From Octopus bimaculoides (taxonomy: Eukaryota): a DNA stretch of 64,000 bases. Each line of letters starts with the position of its first letter. Positions within the stretch are counted from its first letter, which is position 1. The notes beneath the pieces are model-generated. The model saw nothing but the letters and a program-made list of their open reading frames with translations. It was not told where the DNA came from and did not search any database. The stretch spans positions 42,032,772-42,096,771 of the forward strand of contig NC_068986.1 in the NCBI RefSeq assembly GCF_001194135.2, given 5' to 3'. Made by a program: the position numbers and the translations under genes. Shown here piece by piece: positions 41,740 through 55,528 of this stretch.

Positions 41740-43887
41740 ATAATAATAATAATTAACTACATGGACATACACTGAGAAGCTCTCTCCACAAAACAAACTC
41801 AATCCAATAACATTGGTGCGATGGAAAGAAAGCTTCACAATACAACTGTGGGAAAAGTTCAGTTAAGCAGAGGAACTAAAAATTTGGAAAGACTTTTCTC
41901 ATATAAAGGGTAGTTTCTTTCTTAAATGCACGATATCTCAATGCAACATACGCGAGAACCTGAATCCAGCACCAGGAAACCTGGAAAAGCACCACTTACA
42001 CAATAAGTACGTAATTTGAATAATTACCTATACATGCGACTGTCCACGCATCCATGTACACATGTTAATATTTACAAGCAACAGAAATAATACCTACACG
42101 ACGTACACGTAAACACAGGGAAAATAAAAGAAAAAACACGTGTCACGTGCCACCGTACTGAACACAAACCAAAACGGAGCGACTTCCCACAAACAAGTAA
42201 AAAAAAGAGCAAATTAGTCACTCAGTTTAAAACATAACCAAACAGTTATGCCGGGAAACATAGCTACGAACAATAGAGGCGATTTTCGATCTATCAGCCT
42301 ACGATATGATAAATATATCCATTCGAAGAACAGGCAAACGGTGTCAAGTCAATTCTGAACAAACAGGCCCGTCTCCTATTGTCCCTGTCAATGCCTTAAT
42401 GACAAGTCAAAATTCACGCCAGATCGGACATCACCCGGGACAACAAGGACCGCGTTACTCAGTAGGGAACTAGACTGCGGGTTAAAAAGTCTGCTGCTGG
42501 AACAAGCTCTCTAAAAAACGATCTACTACGTAATCAGATCCATGATAACTCTAACCCTAGGCCTGTAGTAACACCACCAAAAACATCACCTAAAGCAAGA
42601 CGCATAAAATGAACTAGAGAGGATTATAGAGATGTGTTGAAAGCTTACTTTACAGCCCAACTAAATCAAAACAATTACCTCATAGTACAAACTTACATTT
42701 CATGGAGAAACTTAGTAGGCAATGAAGTACGCAGATATATAAATGTAAATAGCCTAAATAATATACGTAGAGGCATCATTAGAAATAAAAGGTTAACTGA
42801 CTCTGAAATTAGCCAAATTAAGACACAAATATCTCATGATAGACCGAACGAAAACAGTAACAATACAGATGAAATAGGTAAGAAATGCACAGAACCCAGT
42901 GTACGAGCAGTACACCCCAACAAGGAAGCTGAAGAAAGAATAGCGAAGAAGAGGTATGCGGAAAAAGAGGAGAAATTAGACCTACCTCAAGAATATAAGA
43001 ATAGGTACGACACAATAATATTTGAGGTTAGAAAAGAATGCATGGTCAATTTCATGGGGATATTGAAGGTAAGACAGACAGGGAAAAAAGATGGCTGTGG
43101 ATGACTAAAAGTGATTTAAAACCAGAAACGGAGGCTCTAATCTGTGTTGCCCAAGAGCAAGCGCTAAGAGCAAACTACATAAAATACAGAATAGACAACA
43201 CAGCAGAAAATGATAAGTGCAGAATCTGTGGACAAAATGGTGAAACCGTATGGCATATTACCAGCTAATGTACGCCACCAGCCCAGAAGGAATATAGGAG
43301 ACGCCACGACAATATCGCCAGGCTTGTCCATTGGACACTTTGCAACAGGTATGGACTTGACAGAACAAAAATTTGGTACGACCACAAACCCGAAGGCATC
43401 ATTGGAAATGTTAATGCAAAGATCCTGTGGGATTTTATGACTCAGTGCGACCATGAGATAGAGAATAGGAAGCCAGAGATCGTCGTAATTGAGAATGAAA
43501 ACAAACTATGCTGGATCATAGATATAGCATGCCCAGCCGACAACAAGGTATGCAATAAGGAAGAAAGAAAAGTTGAAAAGATATGACAGGTTAGCTTGGG
43601 AAGTTAAGCAGTTGTGGTCGCCTGAAACGGTGGTAGTAGTAACAATAATTGTCGGAGCCCTGGTAACAGGGAGTAAAAATCTTGAGAAGTACATGAAACA
43701 AATAGGGGCTGCAATAAGTGTGGAGCACTTTCAGAAAACAGCACTGCTTGGTACCGCTCAAATACTCCGAAAGGTGCTCGAAACATAAGAGGTGTTACAT
43801 TAGTTCACTGGTAGTGAACAGCTGACACCGTAGTACATCTCCAGTGCTAGAAGGTGTGCAAAGGCAATAATAATAATAATGATGATG

Positions 43888-43947
<60 letters not shown>

Positions 43948-46900
43948 CATACAGAAAATTGCACTACTGGGTACTGCACACATTCTACGCAAAACACTTT
44001 CAATACAGTAAACATAAGAGCACCACAGCAAACCACAGCACATACCCAAGGCGCACAGAGCTGCGCTCGGTAGNNNNNNNNNNNNNNNNNNNNNNNNNNN
44101 NNNNNNNNNNNNNNNNNNNNNNNNNNNNNNNNNNNNNNNNNNNNNNNNNNNNNNNNNNNNNNNNNNNNNNNNNNNNNNNNNNNNNNNNNNNNNNNNNNNN
44201 NNNNNNNNNNNNNNNNNNNNNNNNNNNNNNNNNNNNNNNNNNNNNNNNNNNNNNNNNNNNNNNNNNNNNNNNNNNNNNNNNNNNNNNNNNNNNNNNNNNN
44301 NNNNNNNNNNNNNNNNNNNNNNNNNNNNNNNNNNNNNNNNNGTGGTGGTGGTGGTGGTGACGGCGACGATGACGACGATGATGACGACGACGATGATGTG
44401 AAGAAAAAGTTTACACTGACGAATTAAATATTTAATAGACATGACTTAACGCATTATTTTCTTCAGAAATGAAAAATAAAGAATAATTGGAGAACGGATG
44501 AAGACCAATAAAATGATTAAAATGCTATAACGAAGGTAACAATGTAATATCAAAAATTATATTGCTTTCTTTTCTCTCGTTTTAGTGGCTGAATTAATGG
44601 GTCTGGATTTAACTGAACTCATGAATGTGCTCCTGGAAAAGAAATTGATGGCACCAGGTTAGCATATTTTATTTTGTATAAGGGAAACATTATTTTCGGA
44701 CTTGTTATCAAAGAATTAGCTCCAGCAGTGTATATTTCTAATGTATCCAATTCGAGTTAGCATTGAAAAGTGGTTTGAAAACCTTAAAGAAAGAAATGAT
44801 TCTAGCAACGATTTAATAAAGATGTATCCTGTAACATAAAACAATAGCTTTGTCGTTGAACAATATGCAATTCTTCTACTTGTTATAATCTACAATTTTT
44901 CTACTTCCCATTTTAGAAAGCAGCACAAATTCTATAAAAAGTTTAAAACGAAATATTAAAGCTGATAATTTATTGAGTGGAGTAATGCCATCCGTTGCAA
45001 ATAATGTTCTCTTGTGAATCAAAGTGGATAAATTGCTAGATTCAGCTGTAAATAAATAAAAAAATAAATAAAAATAAATAAAGTAGAATAATAGAATTGA
45101 TATAATGTGTCCGTACCCAATACTTGATTTTGCTTTGTGCATCCAATAAGTGGTTAATTTCACTTAATTACGATAGCAGAACTCATAAGAGCTGACAGAA
45201 ACTACTCAATCATGTAAGAATACCGAACTACAATTTTCCATGTACCATCTTATACTGTAATGCTGAATCCTTTTTCATGAAAATGAATGCCAAACGAAAG
45301 AGGTACTCATTAATGAATTATTTCTAGTTGAAACCATATTCTCTAGATCGTTAAATCTCCTACCCCAAATGTATTTCATTCTTCTATAAAGCATTTATAA
45401 GAAAGTAACGTTTTGGAAATAAGAAAATGATTATGCATCATAATTCCTCCTGTTTTCCTAATTTTCTTTCTAGATGATATTGTGAGCACCATCAAGAGCA
45501 AAAAACAAGCAGAAGAAGAAAGAGATGCATTTGCTAAATCTTTATATTCTCGGCTGTTTGCATGGATTATTGCCAAGATGAATTCATCCCTTTCAAGTTC
45601 TGATATGTAAAATTTCAATTATTTTAGATTTTAATAATCAGTTATTCATGTCTAAGGTTAAAACTTATACAAGTAGGGATATTATTGTTAGATGTTTATA
45701 TCTTTCCGTAAGAGAAAGGTAAGGAGTATTATCGGCTTAAAATTAAGAATTTTTTTTCTTGAAATGGTAAAAAAATCATCTGATGGACACAACACGAGGC
45801 AAGATTTTTTTACTATTCGCTGCTACTCTAAATTAAGAATGATATATAAAATACATTTTGTTTTATTACCACCTATTCTCATATATTAATACCAGATAAA
45901 TTTTTTTACAAAGTATTGCATAAATTGTTGGAACTAAATGTTTATATTTCGTTCACCTTCGTAATATCAAACGTTCCCCTACTGACTGTTAGACATTACG
46001 AAATATTCCGTTTTCTTCTCACTTGTTAAGTTACAATTACTGAATGGTTAAAATGTCACCTTTTCGATGAACTGTTTTGTCCTATCTTCACATATTGTCT
46101 GAGACACCGTACATTTGTGTCACGTAGAATATTTAGTTATTGCAGCACTTCAGAACTTGGCAAATATCTGAGAATAAGGGAGCCTTTTTACAGTCTCTCG
46201 ACTTGCGATAGATCACAAGCGAATCCCATCTAAATCACACCCTGCAGTCTTAAAAAAAGGAAAGAAACAATGTTTTCTTTGCAAAAAAATAAGCAGGACG
46301 ATCACAGATGCAACGTCTTTGCTCATACGGCACCTTCATAGGGCTGCCCTGAAGATGAATAACAACAGTTGAGAAAGAAATGAATGAGAAGTAATGACTT
46401 TGTTGAATAACGGACTGCCATATAATTTAAATCGTTTTCTGAGTCAAGATCGAATCAACTGACAAAAAACAAACAATCAAACAAAAAGCAACAAAAAACT
46501 TATCCCCAAGACTGAGACATCTCTACAAATTTCTGTTTACTCAAATACACAATAAGCCATCCAGTGCAAGCATTTGATCGCCTATATTATATTTCAAGAC
46601 TATATTTACAGATTGCAGGACGGTTATGAGTATTCATAATACATGTGTTCTTTAAGTGACTGAAGTATTTGATCATATACTTGATTAACAACATAAAGTT
46701 AATTACTTATTACAACTCATAGCCTTGTTTAGGTACAGAATGGATATTACGAATGGATAGACAATCGATTGAAGGAGCCTAGTACATTACTGATAAGTTC
46801 TTTATGGGTCTAGGAAAACGAAAAGTAACGTAGACGTTGGAAGAGTTACAACCTAGAACGTAGATACATTATTTACATTATTTACGTTTGACAGATATTT

Positions 46901-46989
46901 GTCATCTTGTTTGTTGTTAGTGGCGTAGTGGTTAAGAGCGCAGGCTACTAACCCCAAGATTCCGAGTCCAATTTCAAGCAGTGACCTGG

Positions 46990-47020
<31 letters not shown>

Positions 47021-50000
47021 CAACAACAACAACATCGAAAAATACCTTAGGAATGAGAACCCAGGTTCGAAATTTCCGCAAGACACTTGATGAAGGATGG
47101 AGGGTATATCAGCCGAAACGTTGTGTTAACAATAAACAAGATGAGGACAAATATCCGTCAAATGTAAATAATTTAAATAATGTATATTATTCCTCATCTC
47201 TTAACTATAGAACTAGAACGTAGATGTACTCATCTAAATATCACTAGATTGTATTTATTAAGCATTTCTAGTATGTTCCTCTTACTTTAAACTAATATTT
47301 ATCAATAAACGAATTTATTTTGCAGGAGAGGCAGTTCGAATTCAATTAGCATTTTGGATATGTCAGGATTTGAAAGTCTAGAAACAAACAGTTTTGAACA
47401 ATTTGTCATAAATTTTACAAATGAAAAATTACAGAGTTACCTTGAAAAACACATTTTTACAATGGAAATGGAACTCTACAAAGAGGAAGGAATTCAGTTA
47501 TTCTATAACAATGACAAATTTAAAGGCAATGAAGAGATACTGAATATGTTTGAAAAGGTAAGTAAATTAATTTTACTCGAGGGTTCTGTGGAAATTCCAG
47601 ACAGATAAGATTACGAGAAGCTGTTTAAGAAAGAAAGGATAATTTTTATTTTTATCTTGCTAAGTTATTTCACTTCCAATCACAATAAATATTATATGAT
47701 TTTAAAATTTCCGTCTGCTAAGCATTTTATATTTCTCTTTCTCACTACCATCCCAACAAACTTTTTAACCATGTAATTCCCTTCTTCATGTCTTTAACAT
47801 TTCTCTCTTTCTCTTCACCTTTCCATCCCCACCCTATAGCACGTCATTAACAATTCTCTCTCCCACTTTTCTCTCATCGTCTTTTTCCACCGCTCTTTAC
47901 CTCTCCTTTCAACTAACCACGCGATGCATTTGCCTATAGTATATTATTATACTCCTCCCTTCTGTCTTCTCTATTTACACTTCTCTCCCTCTCTCTCTCT
48001 CTCACTTTTACTCCACCTCTCACTCACTCCACCTCCACCTCTCTAGCTAAAGTATAACGGGTGAACGAACAAGCTAATTATTCCATACATAGACTCAATT
48101 GCCCACAATTTAATTGCCAAATAAATTATGAAAAAAGATAAAAGAAACTGTATTTTATATAAAAGTTATTAGCAGAGTTCAACGAGCGGAAAACTTTCAT
48201 TAAATAGTTTGTTCCTTAACGCTTTTTGTATCTACATACAAAAAATTTTCTAAAGTCTGATAGTGCGTAGAGATTACAAAGTGATTTTGCTAAGTTAATT
48301 AACAATAGTCATAATTACTGTGATTTTTAAGAAACCCTCCGATAAATCTGACTTTGGGCGTTTATCATTGAAACTGAATTAAATGAGTTATTGTAATTCA
48401 GGACACCAACCCACCAGATATTATTCCAATCATAGACATCTTGAACATACATTCTAAATTTGCTTATCCTGTCTACTTGATTGGCTCAATAATTATTTTA
48501 ATTCAAAATCTAAATAACAGAAAGTAACAACTGAAATTTGATTCTGTACATTCAATGTTTTAAACCTTGCTATTCCTTTAGCTATACAGTTGTGCACTAA
48601 TTATTCTACGTCATCTGTTAAGGATTTACTTTGTTTAAATTAAAATTTATTTAATTAATGCATAAATAGATCTGCAATTTGTTTTAAAGGACTACTAATT
48701 GGTTGCCAGTGATTTCGTTGCTAGATTGACTCGAAAATTCACGAAATTTGTTGAAATGTATCTTAGGCATATTGGATAATGTTAAGATAATATTTCAGAT
48801 AGGGATAGATGCCTAAATGTAGCTTGTTTCTTCTAACAGTTGACTATAGATTGGAGTTCTACATTCTAGAGTATGATATGCTGATTTAATGATTATCTTT
48901 TGGTTGGAAACTTACCTGTTGAGAGTGGGACTGTCATGCTAAGTCTTATATCCTTATAGATATTACATATATGAATAAATACATTATAATTTCAGATGAA
49001 GATGAAACAAAAAAAAAAAAATTAATGGACGCAGAATGGGTTTGACCCCACCAACCACATTCCTGCGTTGAACCGTTTACTTCGTCCATTTTTTTTCTCT
49101 GCTTAATTAGGCGCTTACATACCCAACATTCCGACTACTTTCTTACATCTTGTTTCATACTTTTTTGCCGTCAGGCATTTCTTCTCCAGACATGCTTTAC
49201 TTCTTAGGTGACATAAAATGAGGTTAACCAAAGCATGCCTGGAGATGAAGGTGTCTGATGCGATACCTCTTCCACGTGTATTCCATATCACCTCTTTCGC
49301 TATAGCTATTACAGTTAAAAAACAGAATTTCTCTTCTCGTTTTAGAGGAGACGGCGGAACGATCTTAGTAACCGATTAGGCTGACAACTGTACTCTCCCC
49401 AGCTGTAACAGTACCCGTTCGGTAGAAACCCTGAGGTTCGATTGTACGATTGTATGCCAGGGATCTCTGGAAGTTGTCCATAGGACCTGGGCCGAAAGTC
49501 CTTCGATGCAGGTTGGCAAGCCGACTTTCATCGAAACCCAGAGTGTTCCCCAGGCCGTCATCACTCTTACCCTCTACCAGCCTTTTGTAGTACGTCGAGT
49601 TGGTACTCATTCCGCCGGTATTGTTCATTCGGGGGAGAAGCACGAGCGCCTGTCGACACTCTGCTTGCCAAGCTCCCAGCCTTCGTCTACGCTTGATTCA
49701 GCTTTCTAGTTCACCAAAAGAGGTGAACCTGGGAAATAACTCGTCAACGAACGGAGACCGTACCCGCTCACCGTCCAGGTAGAGCCAGAGATGCCTCAAC
49801 CTCAGTGCATGCCTGCGCATCTTTAGCCAGGGCATCCCTAACCCACCCTTTAGCGGCTGTAAGTAACAGATAGAGCGCCTTACAAGAGGCCGCCTGCCCT
49901 TCCACAATAAATGAAAGAACAAGCTGGCCGACTAATCCCGGTGAATTCTTGGACCTGCCACTGCTTCGAAATCCTTTAGAACCTCACCTACACTCTGTAG

Positions 50001-53000
50001 TTCCTGGTCCGTGGATATGATGACAGTGACATCGAACGCATACGCTGTTACTGACTTTCCATACCCTAGATCTTGTGGGTCTCCTCTCGGCGCCTCCAAT
50101 CTTCGAAGTAGAAGCTCAAGGGCCAATACATACAGCAGGCTTTTGAAAAATTCGTACTGATAGGCATTACGATCGACATTTTTTTTTACCTAATGAAGGT
50201 GTAATCAGCCATTTTTTATTGTCCTTCACATACAAACCAATCTCTTTTCGAAGAAGTTAATACACACTTCATTAGGTCAGCTTTATGTTTACCGTTGTAT
50301 TGGGTCTAAACTTTTACAACAGTCCTATCTGCTTTATACCACTACTCACAAGTGCTAGTTACTTCACAACACTACAAAAGACTACAGCAGACTAAATTTC
50401 AAATCAACGAACCATTAAAAATACTTTTACTCGAAACGACTTCTTATGACATCACAACGACTTTTTATAGTGCCCATATAATATACTATTTTCTTACCAT
50501 TGCATTTCGTTGATTTATATTTAATATGTCACACAGAAATTTTTATTTTTCTAATACATTAGGCACCGTCATTGCTTATACTAATTGATGAACAAACACA
50601 CTTCCCAGAGTCCAACAGTGATACTTTGTTCACAAAGTTAAACAAAACATTTGGAAACCGTAAATACTATGAAAAGAAGGATGTCACCGGATTTTTTGCC
50701 ATTCAACATTTTGCTGGAAAGGTAACGTTATTTTTTGTTTTCTTTACTTTATATCAAATACATTTCACATAAAATTCTATTGACTTAAGAAACGAATAAT
50801 GTAATCAGTGGAGAAATTTTATTTTTCTTCTTAGTTTCATCAAGAAACAAAATCCATCAAAAAATAATTAGAGCGTAAATTCTTCTCCAGTATTGTCATA
50901 TTAGATGGATTCATATCTATATGCTCAAAGACGCTACTTTGTAGAGCAAAGATTAACTCAATATAAACACATGCACACAAACACTTACAAGGACATAACA
51001 TATATATGTACATATATATGTTATGTCCTTGTAAGTGTTTGTGTGCATGTGTTTATATTGAGTTAATCTTTGCTCTACAAAGTAGCGTCTTTGAGCATAT
51101 AGAATTCATATCCCCTGCAAATCATGTCTTACACCGGTACACCAGGAAAAATGATTTACAGTTACGCTAGATCAATGCCTTCTATTCTTGCTGCTTTAAA
51201 ATTATCTGCTGTTTCTACCTCCTCCGACCCCCTCTTCCACCTTCTGGTAAATGTTTGATTAGCTTTCATCTTCCAACAAAAACTATTTTCTGAGATCTTG
51301 TTGTTAGGCAGTTCAACTTTGACAACTTTAACCCCGGTTCTCGGTCGGTCACAGATTTTTCAGCAACAGTTAGTATCATCACACACTCGAATATTTGATC
51401 ATCACAAAGATATTCTATACAGTGTTTGTATTTGAAGCTAGACTAAAGCAACCTCCGAGTATCCAAATAAGTATTGCAGCTTTTGCGATTTATATCAAGT
51501 CCGCTAAGTAATTGTAAGTCAGTCAGGCTTACTATGATTATCTCTGGCAACAAATTTTCTTCATCCTCAATACTTAGGAGACAACTGCCAAGCACCGTTC
51601 TTTTATGTAACTCAAACAATCCATAGCTCCAAGTTCCCTAAATTCCTCCACTTCGGCTGGTCTTTACTCACCGTCTCAATTCGCATGAAACTACCATCCC
51701 AAAAGCCAAGTACATCTTCGTTCATTACCAAAGTTTAGGCTTGCAGCCGATTCTCTTGGTTTCCTACCAAATGGATATTTATCAATTTTGTAATTACAAG
51801 TTACTACCCACCCGAAAAAGCTCCATAGACATCACTAATGTAAAGAAGCGAAATTTCTGCATTTGCTGTCTGCTTTACCTTCAATTCCAAAATATACACC
51901 TTCGACAATTCCAGACCATTCCTTTTTGACTCAGTTAGTCTGATCACAATGCAAACACACTCAGCAAGTGCTCTATCTCATCCGTTCGCTTCAAACCAAC
52001 TGGCCCTACGACTTTGCCAAATAATTAAACATTATTTTCTCCATTAAACTTTTGGAAAAGCGCTACAGTGTATTTCATACCCAAGAAAATTAACTTCTGA
52101 ACCGGCCGGCTGTCTACCTGTTGCTGTCTATGTGTTTCATCTCTTAGATTAGAATTTTCTTATCAGACGGGCCGATTATAGTGCGCGTTGATAGAACTCT
52201 CCTTCACCATCTCACTCTGGTGTGCCCCAGTTTTACTTCCTTTCTTTTCTTGTACATTAAAGATCTGCTTGTCATTACTTCTAACAGCACCCACTTCTTT
52301 GTAGATGATACTCCTCATCCGTTTTCCCTAACCTTCCGCACACACATGTTACCCGCATTAAACGCTGACATCGTACGTTAAACATGCCCTGCCTCCATGA
52401 ACAGAGACGTATAAGATACTCACAAATAGAAATATAACAATCTTGTCTTGTTCAACAGTACAAGATATAATCATTGTCCATATATATAAAAAAATTTCTT
52501 TGGTCTTTGACAACATGCAGTTAAAACAATTATTATGTCACTTAAAACGATCTAACCTAACGAACTTTCCTAGCTACTAAGTCATAGAATATGTTCGTCG
52601 AGAACTTACTGCTACACTAAGTATTAGTTACGAAAATGTTTTGTATCAGCGAATCGTCAGTCTTTGAATTCATCTGTTTCACGTTCCTGTATTATTGTAT
52701 TCATTTCTGTATGAACTATGCTAGTAATGTTTTTAAAGGAACGTAAGGTAAAAACTGACTTTTGTAAATAAGAATACGAAGAAGAAATTGCGTGTGAGAT
52801 GTGTCAACCCTATTATCGACTAAATGTTTTCTTTATATAATTATTTTAGATATTTTCGGTAAATATTTGCAGGTGACTTATGAAATTGATTCTTTCCTCA
52901 TAAAAAATAGAGATGAAATTTGTAACGATTTGATAATGTGTGCAAAAGGCAGCAGGGATGAATTCTTTTCCAGACTTTTCAGAGCTCAGAGAGATTTAAC

Positions 53001-54503
53001 TGGATCGATAGGAACGTGAGTAACTAAATTTTTTCTAGGTTCGTAAATTTATTGTGCCATAGTAATATCACAGAACTTCTTTTGCAGTAGTATTCGCTTA
53101 TTGAAATTTATCTCTCACCAAACTAGTCTGAAATCTAAACTAAAGTCACCAGTCCCTGCAACTTACAACAGCTATCTTTACTCTCCATAGTATCGATATT
53201 CAGACAGTTGAATTAAAAATTAATTGTTTTCATCGTGGATACTATGAAAATCGAATCGCTGAATTTTCACCGAAAACACCTAATTATTTTGGTCAACTTA
53301 TGGATATGTAAAATTTGACGTGAAACTTTCCGTTTAATTGACAATTCATATTCATGAATATACATTCCTGGGAGCGATCATATTCAAAACACTCATCTAT
53401 TTGCTTCTCTATAGATGAAGATTGACGTTCTTAAATAAAAGACATTCATTCGCTCGTTTTCAGGGATCCAACCACTCTAGGCGCATACAAAAACAAATCT
53501 CAACCAAGCAAGACCAAAGAATATGGCACGATGGACGGAAAATCGACACACAGCCTCAACATGTAAGTTTTGGATTTTGGTCAATTCAGTTTATGATTTT
53601 TAACAAACTTTAAATTTTCAATTTAAGCACTTTCACTTACCTCCTGGAAGTGTCTATAATGATTCGCTAATTTATAGATTCTTGAATTGTATAGAAATAA
53701 CATAAATCTCTTCTATAAGCACTATCCTAACTAATTATTTTCGTTATGGTCAGGTCCAGACTGGGAGAAAAACGAACAAAAACCGTTATATCTTATATGA
53801 AGGTATTTTTTAAAGTTTACTCTTTTCTTTTCTTTTTTTTGTTGTTCCGTTTTCCTGTTATATTTCATATATACATGTATATGAATCAAATAACCTAAAT
53901 GTGATTTGAATTATATCTCATGTCCACTCGGTCCAATTGTTTCCTTCAGGAAAATTTATTAGCCTGCTCAAATAATCGTCAAAATGTCCAGATACACTAA
54001 AATTCTTCAAGGCGGTGTCCCGCATAGCTGCAGTGTAAGATAAAATATACACAATGAAATTCCTAATCTACTGCAAGACTCGACCCATGAGCTGGTATGC
54101 AGTCCAGTATTACCCATAAGTCTTGGTATACTGGTTTCATTTTACTGAGCCCTATATTTTAACAGAATGACTGGCAACTGAAGATGTTTATTTGTTTACA
54201 AGAATTGGTAGGGTGAAGGAAATGAATTCACTCGGGAATTAAAATATCTTACCGGTAAACTTAATTAGCATTGAGTATTAATTTCTGAAGCATAAAGTTA
54301 AATTTCTTAAAAGAATTGGCGCAGGCGCGTATGCATGGATAAGAAGCTTACTTTTCAACTATGTGGCTTTAGGTTCAGTCTGACTGCGCGGCATCTTAGG
54401 CAAATATCTTCTACTCTAGCCCTGGACCGACCAAAGCCTTGTGAGTGGATCTAGTTAAGGGAAACTGAAAGAAGTCGGAGGTGTGTGCATATGTGTTTGT
54501 GTG

Positions 54504-54573
<70 letters not shown>

Positions 54574-55451
54574 CATGTGTGTGTGTCGGTATTTGCGTTT
54601 GTTTACCATCCGGTAACTTAGCGGCTCACCTAGGTCGATTTACTAGACAAAACCCTTAAAAGTGATGCTCCAGTATGGCTGCATTCCGCTGGCTGAAACA
54701 CGTAAATGTTAAAAGTTAATAGAGAAGTGATTATTAAATTAACTTAATGTACGAAAAGGAAGGTCAACTCTAGCGATATTTGAACCCAGAATTGACTGAG
54801 TTAACTATCGAACCTCTAAAGAGGCAGCAAGGTGGAACAAAGCTCATATATACAAAACTCATGTAGACACAAAATAAAAAAAAAGACATATTTAATCATA
54901 GTGCATTCAGTAAATTCTTCCATCTATGTATTGAGCAGATTGTATTTTCAAGTTTTCATATTTCACATGTTTTGTTGTGTCAAAAAGAAACTTACCAGAT
55001 AAAATTTATGAAAATATTAGTATACAGGCCTAATAAAGAATTATTTTTGAAACAAGTTGGAAGCGTATAAATACAAAAAAATTTACAGTGATTTAAACTT
55101 TAATCAATCCAATTATATATCTATCATGCTTTAGTAACACAGAAAGAAGTCCAAGACCACCGGGGATGGATTTGCAGCTGAGTCAAATTGACGCATGACT
55201 ATTCAGTTCGTGTTTGTTCTAAGATGTGATAACTAAACTCTTTCACATTAATTTCCCATTTTGTCGAGTCAAAAGAAATGAGTAATATTCTATGATAGAG
55301 AATACTGTGTAGTTATAGCTTTAACTGAATGAATCCTGTCTGAACATTTTCTTTTGCTTGTATGTTCCAGGTTTCATTGCTCTTGCTTGTCCAAAAGCTT
55401 AACGCTGCAGAACTTCATTTCATCCGGTAAAAGAGTTTCTTTATTGCTTTT

Positions 55452-55528
<77 letters not shown>

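Noticed and set aside
49024-49090. tRNA-like sequence on the minus strand with GGACG/CGTCC ends
   Set aside because: A and B boxes are degenerate and there is no clean anticodon arm; at most a SINE or tRNA relic.
53415-53463. Upstream acceptor (ctctatag) for the loop-2 exon
   Set aside because: The required phase 2 gives an immediate TGA and the other phases also stop; the acceptor at 53463 gives an open frame.
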